Source: an uncultured Alphaproteobacteria bacterium (GTDB lineage: Bacteria > Pseudomonadota > Alphaproteobacteria > HIMB59 > GCA-002718135). From it: 64,000 nt of DNA. The stretch spans positions 20,260 to 84,259 of the forward strand of contig CACGDO010000004.1 of the NCBI GenBank assembly GCA_902571865.1, written 5' to 3'. The position numbers were made by a program, and so were the translations under genes. Below, in pieces: positions 10,339-20,452 of the stretch. Under the pieces are notes generated by a model. That model did not search any database. It saw nothing but the letters and a program-made list of their open reading frames with translations, and was not told the origin of the DNA. Positions within the stretch are counted from its first letter, which is position 1. The number at the start of each line of letters is the position of its first letter.

Positions 10339-10896
10339 TTAAAAAGAAAAAATATTTGCCTTTATCTTTATTTTATCTTTGAGGATTGTTGTATTTTTCC
10401 AATTACCAGTGCCTATTTTAAAGTCATTTCTAGAAAAAGATATTTCACTTTTTACCTGAACCAACTCACTCGCCAATTTTATTACTTCAATATTAATAGG
10501 AATATTTTGACTTTTTCCTTTTATTGATAACTCACCTATTAAATTAATTTTATTGTCTTCATAATTAAATTTAAAATTATTTGTATCAATAAGACCTAAT
10601 GGATATTTTTTAGCATCAAAAAAAACTTCACTAAGAACTAAATCTTTATATCGTTTGTAATTTATATCTAAACTATCAATTCTAACATTTATAAGAGCTT
10701 TATTATTATTTTGATTTGATAAATCTAAGGAAACAAAACCATCAAATTCATTAAATTTACCGATAACATTTTTCGTTAACAAAACTGGAACTTCAAATTC
10801 TATACTAGAAATATTTTTATCAATAGTCCATAAATCATTAGCTGCACTCTGCTTACAATACAGAAATATAAAAAATAAACTAAATATAACCTTCAA
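10339..10896 (-). CDS. YceI family periplasmic lipid/polyisoprenoid-binding protein
   Basis: Signal peptide, W-x-ID...S-x-I-x-F, FFDAKKYP, GELSIKG, SRNDFKIG. Confidence 0.8.
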   Translation of the reverse strand: MKVIFSLFFIFLYCKQSAANDLWTIDKNISSIEFEVPVLLTKNVIGKFNEFDGFVSLDLSNQNNNKALINVRIDSLDINYKRYKDLVLSEVFFDAKKYPLGLIDTNNFKFNYEDNKINLIGELSIKGKSQNIPINIEVIKLASELVQVKSEISFSRNDFKIGTGNWKNTTILKDKIKIKANIFSF

Positions 10897-11308
10897 TATA
10901 TTTCCTTGCTAGTTCATCAGCTTTCTCATTAAATTCGAAACCAGCGTGTCCTTTAACCCATTTCCATGTTACATTATGTTTATTAATTAGATTATCTAAT
11001 TGCATCCATAATTCTTTATTTTTCACTATTTTTTTTGTTGAAGTTTTCCATCCATTCTTTTTCCAATTTGTAATCCATGATTCAATACCATCCTTTACAT
11101 ATTTGCTATCGGTATAAATGATTAATTCTTTTTTTATCTCAAAATATTCCAGTGCTTTTATTGCTGCTGTAAGTTCCATTTTATTATTAGTTGTGTGTTG
11201 ATCACCACCATTTAATAAAATTTCTTTATTATTATCTAATATCACGACACCCCATCCACCTATACCAGGATTCCCAGAACATGCGCCATCTGTATAAATA
11301 TTAATCAT
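10880..11308 (-). CDS. rnhA: Ribonuclease HI
   Basis: YTDGACSGNPG, TNNKMEL, WVKGHAG, NEKAD. Confidence 0.95.
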   Translation of the reverse strand: MINIYTDGACSGNPGIGGWGVVILDNNKEILLNGGDQHTTNNKMELTAAIKALEYFEIKKELIIYTDSKYVKDGIESWITNWKKNGWKTSTKKIVKNKELWMQLDNLINKHNVTWKWVKGHAGFEFNEKADELARKYIEGYI

Positions 11309-12258
11309 TATTCAAAAATATCATTTTGTTGATGCCATCTCAAAATATTCAAATATTCAAATGGATCTTTTTTAACAACTACTGCATCAGGTGGATGAAA
11401 AATATAATCGTGCACTCTCGTACATAATATTCTAACAGCAGCAGCTCTTAATAAAATATTTAATGATTTCTTTTCAATATCACTTAATTCTCTCAACTTT
11501 TGATATTCCCCAAGAATTATCAAGCAGTTTTCTTTGTTAAAGTATTGTCCATTTTCACTAAAACACCAATCATTAATAACTATAGCTAAATCGTAAATAT
11601 AAAAATAATAACATGCAAAATAGAAATCTATTACTCCAGAAATTTTTTCATCTTTAAAAAAAATATTATCTCTAAACAAATCAGCATGTATGACACCGCA
11701 AGGAATATTTGTTGGCCAATAATTTTCTAAATAGTCTAATTCATTTTTTAACAAATACATTGTTTCATTAAACTTTTCGGATTTATTATTAAGGCACTTT
11801 TTGTAAATTTCTTTCCAATCCTGTAGATCTAAACTGTTTGGTCTTTTTTCATCAAAATTTATGGTAAGATTGTGTAAATCAGCAACCATTTTTCCAACTT
11901 CTCTACACATTTCAGAGTTAGGTTTTTCAATACTTTTACCTTCTAGAAAAGATATTATTACAGCTGTTTTATTTTTTATTCTTTTTAAAATTTTTCCATT
12001 TTTATCTGAGATAGCTTTTGGACATTTAAAATTATTTTTATTTAAAAAGTTTTTTAAATTTATAAAAAAAGGTAATTCTTGCTCAGTTACTCTTTTTTCA
12101 AATATTGTTAAAATATATGGTTGATTATTACAAAAAATTTTAAAATTTGAGTTCTCTATCCCATCTACAATTTCTTCAAAGCTGTCTAAATTTCCAATAG
12201 AGTATTCAGAAATAAAGTTTTCAATATCTTCTTTAAGTAATTTAGTAAAGACTGCCAT
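11308..12258 (-). CDS. thrB: Homoserine kinase type II
   Basis: MAVFT, GIENSN, IHADLFRDN, IDFYFAC; ispH-thrB-rnhA synteny. Confidence 0.92.
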   Translation of the reverse strand: MAVFTKLLKEDIENFISEYSIGNLDSFEEIVDGIENSNFKIFCNNQPYILTIFEKRVTEQELPFFINLKNFLNKNNFKCPKAISDKNGKILKRIKNKTAVIISFLEGKSIEKPNSEMCREVGKMVADLHNLTINFDEKRPNSLDLQDWKEIYKKCLNNKSEKFNETMYLLKNELDYLENYWPTNIPCGVIHADLFRDNIFFKDEKISGVIDFYFACYYFYIYDLAIVINDWCFSENGQYFNKENCLIILGEYQKLRELSDIEKKSLNILLRAAAVRILCTRVHDYIFHPPDAVVVKKDPFEYLNILRWHQQNDIFE

Positions 12259-12261
12259 CTT

Positions 12262-13203
12262 CTATACGTTTAGTTTTTGTGGCACTTTAAAAAATACATC
12301 TTCTTTTTGGTAAGATCCTTCATTTATATGTATTTCAAAATTTCTTTTCAAATTATCAAGAAGTTTTTTAACAAGTACTTCTGGCGATGATGCACTTGCT
12401 GTTATTCCTATATTTTCAGATTCTTGAAATATATTTAAATTTAAGGAATCTACATCTTCTACTAAAATAGCTTTTTTTGATCCATAATTTTTTGCTACTT
12501 CAACTAATCTTAGGGAATTTGATGAGTTACTTGCACCAATTACTAAAAAATAATCACATTGATTCGCTATCTTTTTAACCGCTTCTTGTCTATTTGTCGT
12601 AGCATAACAAATATCATTTTTTTTTGGTTCTATAACATTATTAAAATGTAATTTTATCTCTTTTATTATATCTTTTGTATCATCTACTGATAGCGTTGTC
12701 TGAGTAACATATGCAATCTCATCATTTTGGTTTAAAGGCAATTTTTTTACATCTTCAACTTTTTCTACTAAATGAATTTTTTTATCTGTTTGACCCATAG
12801 TTCCAATAACTTCAGGATGATTTCTATGACCAATTAAAATTACTGGCAAATTTTTTTTATCAAAATTTTCAACTTCTTTATGGATTTTGCTAACAAGCGG
12901 ACATGTTGCATCATAATATACTAAATTTAAACTTAATGCTTCCTCTGGTACTGCTTTTGGAACACCATGTGCAGAAAAGATAACTGGCCTACTTCTATCT
13001 TCAATCTCATTTAATTCTTCTACAAAAATAGCTCCCTGTGATTTGAGATTTTCAACAACAAATTTATTATGCACTATTTCATGACGAACGTATACGGGCG
13101 CTCCATATTTTTTTAGAGCACCCTTTACCATTTCTATAGCCCTATCTACACCTGCACAAAATCCCCGAGGTCCTGCCAGAAATATATTAAGTTTTTTTGT
13201 CAT
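12262..13203 (-). CDS. ispH: 4-hydroxy-3-methylbut-2-enyl diphosphate reductase
   Basis: PRGFCAGVDRA, DATCPLV, ICYATTNRQ, SSNS. Confidence 0.95.
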   Translation of the reverse strand: MTKKLNIFLAGPRGFCAGVDRAIEMVKGALKKYGAPVYVRHEIVHNKFVVENLKSQGAIFVEELNEIEDRSRPVIFSAHGVPKAVPEEALSLNLVYYDATCPLVSKIHKEVENFDKKNLPVILIGHRNHPEVIGTMGQTDKKIHLVEKVEDVKKLPLNQNDEIAYVTQTTLSVDDTKDIIKEIKLHFNNVIEPKKNDICYATTNRQEAVKKIANQCDYFLVIGASNSSNSLRLVEVAKNYGSKKAILVEDVDSLNLNIFQESENIGITASASSPEVLVKKLLDNLKRNFEIHINEGSYQKEDVFFKVPQKLNV

Positions 13204-13286
13204 CCAAATTTGTTACCATTAATTTTGGTTACTTAATAATACTATAGATTTTGCAAATCTTTTAATATTAAATTATTAATATTGTA

Positions 13287-13314
13287 AGTAGATTTTGGAA
13301 TAACTAAATCTACT
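13287..13314 (-). terminator. Hairpin immediately after the atp F0 operon (possible terminator/stabiliser)
   Basis: 9-bp inverted repeat AGTAGATTT (13287-13295) / AAATCTACT (13306-13314) abutting the atpF stop; AT-rich and without a clear U-tract. Confidence 0.35.
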
Positions 13315-13315
13315 A

Positions 13316-13801
13316 CTAGTTCTTTAGAACAGAGTTAAATTCGGTAATTGACTCTTCAATTAAAGCAGATTTTTTATCCTTACTTAGATTTTGAAGTAGA
13401 ATATTTCTAGTAGCCTCTATTGCAACGCTTGAAATATAACTTTTGATAGAATTATTAGTATCTCGAACTAATTGTTCAATTTTATTTTCTGCCAATATTT
13501 TTCTTTTTTCAATTTGATCGGTTAATTTAGTGGTGGATATATCTTTCAATTCTGCAATTCTTTTTTCAGATTCTAACTTTAGATTTTGTATTTCTTTCTC
13601 TACTTTAGATTCTCTCTCCCTAAGTTCATCCAAAGCTTTTTGAGCCTCGCTTTTTAAATTCTCAACTTCATCTATTTTATTTTTTATATCTTTTATTTGT
13701 GCATCTAAACTAGATGTAAGAATTTTTCGTACTGGATTAAAAATAGCTGCAATAAATAATATAAAAGATACCGCTACCCAAAATTGAGGATCAGAAAACA
13801 T
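13316..13801 (-). CDS. atpF: ATP synthase F0 subunit b
   Basis: DPQFWVAVSF TM helix followed by coiled coil; operon position. Confidence 0.9.
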   Translation of the reverse strand: MFSDPQFWVAVSFILFIAAIFNPVRKILTSSLDAQIKDIKNKIDEVENLKSEAQKALDELRERESKVEKEIQNLKLESEKRIAELKDISTTKLTDQIEKRKILAENKIEQLVRDTNNSIKSYISSVAIEATRNILLQNLSKDKKSALIEESITEFNSVLKN

Positions 13802-14292
13802 TAGTTAAAATTACCTTTATGTGTTTCAATAACTTTATTAAGTTCATTGTCTGATAATTCTATATCTGTAATTTTTCCAACAGTCAGTTTTGTAATATTA
13901 ACTATTTCATTGTTAATATTTTTCATTTGATCATCTTTACTTTTTAAAATTTCTTTTTCTGCATCAGAAACTTTTTTTTCTAAATCTTTATCAAGTGAAG
14001 AAAGTTGAGAAGAAACATTTTCTTGTAAAGCATTGATTGTTTCTTTAATTTTCTCATCTGTTTCTAGTTTAGCCTTATTAATCTGATCATTAATTTTTTT
14101 TTCAATTTCCACTGCCTGTTCTTGAAGCTCTTTTGCTGAAGATAAATTTTCATCTATTTTATTTTGTCTTTTCTCTAATACTGTAGCTATTCTTGGAAGT
14201 GATACCCTCCATAAAAATACAAATAGAAAAGTAAAAAATACAGCTAACCAAAAGAGCTGTGAAACAAAAAACTCTGGATTTAATTGAGGCAT
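13801..14292 (-). CDS. atpF2: ATP synthase F0 subunit b'
   Basis: MPQLN...SQLFWL N-terminus typical of alphaproteobacterial b'. Confidence 0.9.
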   Translation of the reverse strand: MPQLNPEFFVSQLFWLAVFFTFLFVFLWRVSLPRIATVLEKRQNKIDENLSSAKELQEQAVEIEKKINDQINKAKLETDEKIKETINALQENVSSQLSSLDKDLEKKVSDAEKEILKSKDDQMKNINNEIVNITKLTVGKITDIELSDNELNKVIETHKGNFN

Positions 14293-14309
14293 TAATTAAT
14301 TATTGAGCT

Positions 14310-14534
14310 CTATCCAAACAAAATAACTAACGCAATAACTAGTGCGAAAAGTGCAATCGCTTCAACTAATGCGAAACCTAACATTGTCATTGTAAAAACC
14401 TCACCTCTTGCTGCCGGATTTCTTCCAACTGCTTGAATAAAAGATGAGAAAATATTCCCAATTCCAATCCCTGATCCAATAACACCGATAACGGCTAAAC
14501 CCGCTCCGATTACTTTTGCTGCTTCAATTTCCAT
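14310..14534 (-). CDS. atpE: ATP synthase F0 subunit c
   Basis: GxGxGxG, RNP, FALVEA. Confidence 0.97.
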   Translation of the reverse strand: MEIEAAKVIGAGLAVIGVIGSGIGIGNIFSSFIQAVGRNPAARGEVFTMTMLGFALVEAIALFALVIALVILFG

Positions 14535-14552
14535 AAGTCCTCCTATTTTAAA

Positions 14553-15287
14553 TTAATGTAAATGATAAGCATCGTTAATATATAAACACGTCAGTATTGC
14601 AAACACATATGCTTGCAAAAAAGCAATTAAAATTTCTAATCCTGTTAAAGCTACTATGAAAGCTAAAGGAAAAACTCCTGTAAAAAATGGCATGGAAACA
14701 ACAAAGCCTGCAAACACTTTTAGTAGTGTGTGACCAGCCAGCATGTTTGCAAATAATCTAACTGATAAACTTATAGGTCTTGATAAATAAGAAATTACCT
14801 CAATGGGAATAAGCAGTGGATGCATGTAAAACGGTACACCTGGTATATAGAAAAAAGTAAAAAATTTAATACCATGGTTAATAAATCCAAGAATAGTTAC
14901 GCCAATAAATACAACTGCTGCTAATGCAAATGTAACAATGATGTGACTCGTGAAAGTAAATTGATATGGTATCATTCCAACCATATTTCCAATTAGTACA
15001 AACATGAATAAAGAGAAAACAAATGGGAAATATCTTTTTCCATTATCTCCAACTGTATCGGAGAGTAACTGAGCAATAAAATTATACATAAGCTCTGAGA
15101 TAAGCTGCATCCTAGAAGGGATAATTGATCTTGTGTTCACTGTTAAAGTTAAAAATAGAGTAATCATTAAAACAGTAATTAGCATTGCAAAAGATGAGTT
15201 TGTGAAAGAAATGTTATAACCTCCAAGTTCAATATTAGATATTGGATCTATTTCGAACTGTTTTAGAGGACTATCTTTTGCGGCCAT
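14553..15287 (-). CDS. atpB: ATP synthase F0 subunit a
   Basis: SLSVRLFANMLAGH, LQAYVF. Confidence 0.97.
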   Translation of the reverse strand: MAAKDSPLKQFEIDPISNIELGGYNISFTNSSFAMLITVLMITLFLTLTVNTRSIIPSRMQLISELMYNFIAQLLSDTVGDNGKRYFPFVFSLFMFVLIGNMVGMIPYQFTFTSHIIVTFALAAVVFIGVTILGFINHGIKFFTFFYIPGVPFYMHPLLIPIEVISYLSRPISLSVRLFANMLAGHTLLKVFAGFVVSMPFFTGVFPLAFIVALTGLEILIAFLQAYVFAILTCLYINDAYHLH

Positions 15288-15308
15288 AATTGATATTGAA
15301 TATTAAAA

Positions 15309-15596
15309 TTACCTTTGCTTTTCAATGCGACGCATTACACGATAAACATTCAAAAATCCAGCTAATGCGCCAAATATGAAGAAAATAATTAAGCCTATTG
15401 GTTTAGTATTAAAGTAATTATCCACAATAAGCCCAATTCCAACTCCAACAACTAGTGCAGCTATAATTTCTGTACTAATTTTAAAACCAAATCCTGCACC
15501 ACTCTCTTTTTTTTTAATATTAGGTTCTTTATTTTGATTATCTAAATCATCAATTTTTTTACCTAATTCTTCTAAATTTTTATTTTTATATTTCAT
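15309..15596 (-). CDS. atpI: AtpZ/AtpI family protein
   Basis: Two TM helices, GLIVD..F.T.P, AGFLNVYR; first gene of F0 operon. Confidence 0.85.
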   Translation of the reverse strand: MKYKNKNLEELGKKIDDLDNQNKEPNIKKKESGAGFGFKISTEIIAALVVGVGIGLIVDNYFNTKPIGLIIFFIFGALAGFLNVYRVMRRIEKQR

Positions 15597-18231
15597 TTGT
15601 AGCGTCTTGCTCTTTTATCTCAATTGCTTTTTCAAGATCAACGGAAACTAATTGTGATACACCTTTCTCAGGCATAGTAACACCAAATAATCTATTTACT
15701 CTTGCCATTGTCATTCTATGGTGAGTTATTACTAAGAATTTTGTTGAAGAAGTTTTGGCTATTTCCTCCACTAATGAACAAAATCTATCAACATTAGTAT
15801 CATCTAATGGAGCGTCAACCTCATCAAGTACACAAATTGGAGCTGGGTTTGATAAAAATACAGCAAATAATAATGATAATGCCGTAAGAGCTTGCTCACC
15901 ACCAGAAAGTAAATTTAGATTTTGTAATTTTTTTCCAGGAGGACTAGCAAATATTTCTAAACCAGCTTGAAGAGGATCTGATTCATCTGTAAACTTTAGA
16001 TAAGCCTTGCCGCCACCAAATAACCTAGTAAATAATTTTTGAAAATTTTCATTCACTATTCCATATGCAGCAAGTAAACGTTGTCTACCTTCTGTATTAA
16101 GTGAATCAATTGCTTCTCTTAGTTTTGCAATTGCACTTAAAAGGTCACTTTGATCTTTCTTTATCGTATTTACTTTTTCTTCTAAATCTTTGGATTCTTG
16201 CTCTGCAAGAAGATTAACACCACCTAAACGTTCTTGCTCAGCAATTAGTCTTTCTAATTTTTTTTCTAAATCATTAGTCTCTCCTAAAACTTTATTTGGA
16301 TCGATTTCTCCAATATTGTAAAGTTCTTCTAATTCTACACTCAATCTTTCTTTTACTTGAGTAGCTAATAATTTAATTGCTTCATTAATTGTATTAATTT
16401 GGCCTTCAGTCCTAATTCTTTCTTCCCTTAGTTCATTTAATTTAATTTCTTCTAGTTTTAACTTCTTATTGATCTCATTAGAATTTTGTTCAGTTTGACG
16501 AAGCTGCTCAGCTATTTGCTCATAAGAACTCTTATTCTCATCAATCAACTTTTGTATTTTTAATTTTTCACTTGATACATCATCAGGAACGGATTGGAGA
16601 TTAGATAATTCATTAATTAATGTATTTTGCCTTGAATTCAGTTCTTCTATTCTTTGATTTGCTTTTGCAGAAATATCATTCCATTGTTTTTCCTCTGCAC
16701 TTAATTGCTTTATTCTTCTATTTTTTAATTGCTCCAATATTGCTTTAGTTGAATTATTTTGTTTACCTTTAGATACATACCCATCCCATCTCCAAATTTC
16801 TCCTAGTTTGCTTACTAATATCTGACCTGGCTTTAAAGTTTTTTGAATTTCTAAAACATTCTCTTTATTTTCAATTAATCCAACAAACTCTAATTTCTTT
16901 TTCAAATTATCTGGTGCTTTGATCAGAGAGGAAAATTTAGTAATTTCTGAATTAAAGGAAGAATCTTCTACATCTAATTTTCTCCAAAAAATACTTTGTT
17001 CTTCATCGATAGATGCAATTAACTCATCTGAAAAAACTGCAGCAATTGCTTGTTCAAGACCATCTTCAAAGTCTAGATAATCAATTATTGGATTATTATT
17101 TTTTTTATTTGAAACATTTTCGTTATTTAGATCGTCATCAGTTTGAATAAAAAGATCACCTTGCTGTTTTAATAGAATTGATTTTTCTTCCTGTACTCTT
17201 TCAAGATTTTGTTTTGCATCTTCAAATAAAAATTTTTCTCTTTCAATGTCATTTTTAATCTGCTCTATACGAACTTTTGTTTCATCTACTGCAATATTTG
17301 CTCTTTCAATTTCTTTTTCTTGGTTTTCTAAACTAATTGAATATTTCTGAAGCTCAGCTGCAACCTTACTTTCTTGAAGTCTAAGGTTTGGGAGGCTTTC
17401 TTGAACTTTTTCAAATTCGATATTTATTTGCGCAACTACCTGAGTTTGATCATTTACTACATTTGTTTCAGATTGAATTTTTTCATTAGCATTTTTTAAT
17501 TTATCTTTTTCATCAATCCATTTCTTATAAAATAATCTTGCTCTTGCTTTAGTAATATCTTTTTGGATGTACTTATATCTTTCAGCTTGTTTTGATTGTT
17601 TCTTTAATATTGTGAGTTGTTCGTCTTGTGCTTTTAATACGTCCTTAACACGCTCTAAGTTATTTTCAGTTGCATTTAATCTTAATTCAGCTTCGTGTCG
17701 TCTTGAATGCAGACCTGTAATTCCCGCAGCTTCTTCAAGCAAGGTTCTTCTTTGCTCTGGCTTAGCAGCGATAATAGCTCCAACTCTACCTTGACTAACC
17801 ATCGATGTTGAGCGAGCACCTGTTGCTGCATCAGCAAATAGTAATTGAACATCCTTTAATCGGACCTCTTTTCCGTTTACTCTATATTCTGATCCTTCAC
17901 CTCGCCAAATTCTTCTAGTTACTTCAATAGTATCATTTTCATTGAAAATACTTGGTGCTTTTCTTGCTTTATTATCTAAGTCTATAGTAACTTCGGCAAT
18001 ATCCCATGCTGGTCTATCATCTGTACCATTAAAAATAACGTCATCTAATTCGTTTCCTCTCATTTGTTTTGGCGATAACTCACCCATAACGAATCTAAAA
18101 GCTTCAACGAGATTGGATTTACCACATCCATTTGGCCCCACAATACCTGTCAAACCATTTTCAATCAAAATTTCAGTTGGTTCAACAAAAGACTTAAAGC
18201 CTTTGACTTTAAGAGTCCTAAAATTAATCAT
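15586..18231 (-). CDS. smc: Chromosome segregation protein SMC (short form, ~880 aa)
   Basis: GFKSF, Walker A GPNGCGKSN, LSGGE, LDEVDAPLD, ITH. Confidence 0.93.
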   Translation of the reverse strand: MINFRTLKVKGFKSFVEPTEILIENGLTGIVGPNGCGKSNLVEAFRFVMGELSPKQMRGNELDDVIFNGTDDRPAWDIAEVTIDLDNKARKAPSIFNENDTIEVTRRIWRGEGSEYRVNGKEVRLKDVQLLFADAATGARSTSMVSQGRVGAIIAAKPEQRRTLLEEAAGITGLHSRRHEAELRLNATENNLERVKDVLKAQDEQLTILKKQSKQAERYKYIQKDITKARARLFYKKWIDEKDKLKNANEKIQSETNVVNDQTQVVAQINIEFEKVQESLPNLRLQESKVAAELQKYSISLENQEKEIERANIAVDETKVRIEQIKNDIEREKFLFEDAKQNLERVQEEKSILLKQQGDLFIQTDDDLNNENVSNKKNNNPIIDYLDFEDGLEQAIAAVFSDELIASIDEEQSIFWRKLDVEDSSFNSEITKFSSLIKAPDNLKKKLEFVGLIENKENVLEIQKTLKPGQILVSKLGEIWRWDGYVSKGKQNNSTKAILEQLKNRRIKQLSAEEKQWNDISAKANQRIEELNSRQNTLINELSNLQSVPDDVSSEKLKIQKLIDENKSSYEQIAEQLRQTEQNSNEINKKLKLEEIKLNELREERIRTEGQINTINEAIKLLATQVKERLSVELEELYNIGEIDPNKVLGETNDLEKKLERLIAEQERLGGVNLLAEQESKDLEEKVNTIKKDQSDLLSAIAKLREAIDSLNTEGRQRLLAAYGIVNENFQKLFTRLFGGGKAYLKFTDESDPLQAGLEIFASPPGKKLQNLNLLSGGEQALTALSLLFAVFLSNPAPICVLDEVDAPLDDTNVDRFCSLVEEIAKTSSTKFLVITHHRMTMARVNRLFGVTMPEKGVSQLVSVDLEKAIEIKEQDATNEI

Positions 18232-18234
18232 CAA

Positions 18235-18847
18235 CTATTGTGATAATATTTTATCGATGATTTGTCTAAACTCTTTTATGTTTTTATTCCCGGAATATAG
18301 TACCCCGTTAATAATGAATGAAGGGGTAGAACCTATTTTATATTCTCTCTGAGCTTCCATTACACCCTCAAGTAATTGATTCTCTAATTCAACATTACTT
18401 AAACATGCATCAAAGTCCTCTTGTTGCATACCACCACTTTGCATTATTTTGTATAACTCGGACTTTGTTTTTGAATGATCTCTATTAACCCAATTATTTT
18501 GGAGTTTATAAAGGCCATTCATGTAATCATATCTCACATCTTCTGGGACGCATCTTAAAATCATGCTTCCAGCAAGAGCTGGATAATTAAATGGGAAATC
18601 ACGAAAAATAAACTTAACTTTACCAGTATCAATAAACTCTTTTTTTAATTCTTCTAGAGTATCATTGTGAAAATCTGCACAGTGACTACAAGACATTGAA
18701 GCATATTCTATAATTGTGATTGGAGCATTGTCTTTCCCAATATAAAAAATCATTATCTTTAATATCTAGTATTGAGTTTTCAGCTGCGTTAGCATTAATA
18801 AAAAATAGTGATAGTATAATAGAAATAAATAAAATTTTAATTTTCAT
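18235..18847 (-). CDS. dsbA: DsbA family thiol-disulfide oxidoreductase; signal-peptide part shifted by +1 at A6 18744-18749
   Basis: CSHC active site, STPSF. ATG at 18847 gives MKIKILFISIILSLFFINANAAENS..., which joins ORF 18235-18753 as DNDFYIGKD if one base is removed. Confidence 0.85.
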
Positions 18848-19362
18848 TATTTGTCCTCAGTTGTAATTTTATTACCTAAATTTAATAACGATTTTTTTAA
18901 ATCAGAATTTTGAAATTCTTTAACGTTTTGCTTAACAAATTCTATGTCATCTTTATCTATTTGTTTTTTCTTACTTTGTTTCATAGGAGTATATTTAGGT
19001 ATGTAATTTTGATGAATTCTCAAGTCCATTATAGCTTTATAGCCAAAATAAGTATTAATTTTTTCAATTATAGTGTCCTTAAAGTGTTGAAATTCAATGG
19101 CTGCGGCTGGGGCAACACTCACATTTAGATAATTTTTATATACTGTCTCACCTACATCGTTTTCAAAATCACGCACCCTTGAAACATTTAATGGCTCTGA
19201 ATATTCTTTAAAATAACTACCAGCAATTTCAGGCCATTTGGAGTTAATTATAAATTCTGTACGATTATATTTAGAGGAAAATTTTCTATTAACCTTCCTC
19301 AGAGTTTCGCCAATAGATTGTGGAACAAATGTTCTTTTTTGCTTTATATTTTTTTTGTCCAT
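18847..19362 (-). CDS. DUF721 / DciA family protein
   Basis: WPEIAG...FQH....IIEKINTYFGY; conserved position between mutY and dsbA; start moved to ATG 19362 to avoid overlapping mutY. Confidence 0.8.
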   Translation of the reverse strand: MDKKNIKQKRTFVPQSIGETLRKVNRKFSSKYNRTEFIINSKWPEIAGSYFKEYSEPLNVSRVRDFENDVGETVYKNYLNVSVAPAAAIEFQHFKDTIIEKINTYFGYKAIMDLRIHQNYIPKYTPMKQSKKKQIDKDDIEFVKQNVKEFQNSDLKKSLLNLGNKITTEDK

Positions 19363-19401
19363 ATACATAAATAATTTATAGTACCTAAATATGAAAGCAA
19401 T

Positions 19402-20451
19402 ATGTTTAAACACGAAACACAAGTAATAAATTTTTTGCTTCAATGGTATTCCGTGAATGCCAGAAATTTACCGTGGCGGAAGAAAAATACTCTAAATTTA
19501 CCTGATCCATACTTTGTGTTTGTAAGTGAATATATGCTCCAACAAACAACAGTAAATACTGTAAAAAATAAATTTAATGATTTTATTTTAAAATGGCCTT
19601 CACTAAATAAATTAGCGCAAACTTCAGAATCAAATATTTTAAAGTTCTGGTCAGGCCTTGGTTATTATTCCAGAGCAAGAAATTTATTAAAGTCTGCAAA
19701 AATAATTCATAAAAATTTTAAAAATAATATACCAAAAACTTATGACGAACTCATCCAACTTCCTGGTATTGGAGATTACACAGCAAAAGCAATTCTTGGA
19801 ATAGGATTTAATCAATCAGTTATGCCACTTGATGCTAATATTGAGAGAATTTTGGTTAGGTTATATGCTATCGATAAACCAATTAATAAAGTCAAAAATA
19901 AACTTAAAGATTTAGGAAAAAAATTCATCTCAGATAAATACTCTTCAAATTTAATTCAGTCTTTTATGGATTACGGATCAGAGATCTGTCTTCCGAGAAA
20001 CCCTAAATGTAATATTTGTGGAATTAATAAATTTTGCCAATCATATAAAAAAAATTTACAGCAAAAAATTCCTTTTAAACTAAAAAAGAAAACTACTAAG
20101 CCTATAAAGTATACAAGAGCTTATGTAATTGTGAATGAAAAGAATGAAATCCTTGTGCGAAGTAGACCAAATAAAGGTATGTTGGCCTCCATGCTTGAAG
20201 TACCAAATGATGTCTGGGTTAAAAATAAGAAATTATTAACCACTGATCAAGATATACAAAAAATAAAAACAAAATTACAATCTAAAGGCTCATTTGAATA
20301 TTCATTTAGTCATTTTGATTTAGAAACAGAAATTTTTTATGGCAATGTTAAAAAAGCAAAATTATCAAAAAGTAATTGGATAAAGAAATCTTCTTATTCT
20401 AGCTCTAGAATGCCAACTGTGATGAAAAAAATAGTAGATATAGCAGTATAA
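19402..20451 (+). CDS. mutY: A/G-specific adenine glycosylase
   Basis: RNLPWR, SEYMLQQT, WSGLGYYSRARNL, LPGIGDYTA, C-x6-C-x2-C-x5-C, FSHF. Confidence 0.93.
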   Translation: MFKHETQVINFLLQWYSVNARNLPWRKKNTLNLPDPYFVFVSEYMLQQTTVNTVKNKFNDFILKWPSLNKLAQTSESNILKFWSGLGYYSRARNLLKSAKIIHKNFKNNIPKTYDELIQLPGIGDYTAKAILGIGFNQSVMPLDANIERILVRLYAIDKPINKVKNKLKDLGKKFISDKYSSNLIQSFMDYGSEICLPRNPKCNICGINKFCQSYKKNLQQKIPFKLKKKTTKPIKYTRAYVIVNEKNEILVRSRPNKGMLASMLEVPNDVWVKNKKLLTTDQDIQKIKTKLQSKGSFEYSFSHFDLETEIFYGNVKKAKLSKSNWIKKSSYSSSRMPTVMKKIVDIAV

Positions 20452-20452
20452 T

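Noticed and set aside
10331-10352. yceI ends ANIFSF*; deleting one base from the 6-base run would give ANIFLFKE*
   Set aside because: Probably another homopolymer indel affecting only the last residues; no biological signal
13246-13260. Palindrome AGATTT-TGC-AAATCT upstream of ispH
   Set aside because: Short and AT-rich, seen once; cannot be distinguished from chance
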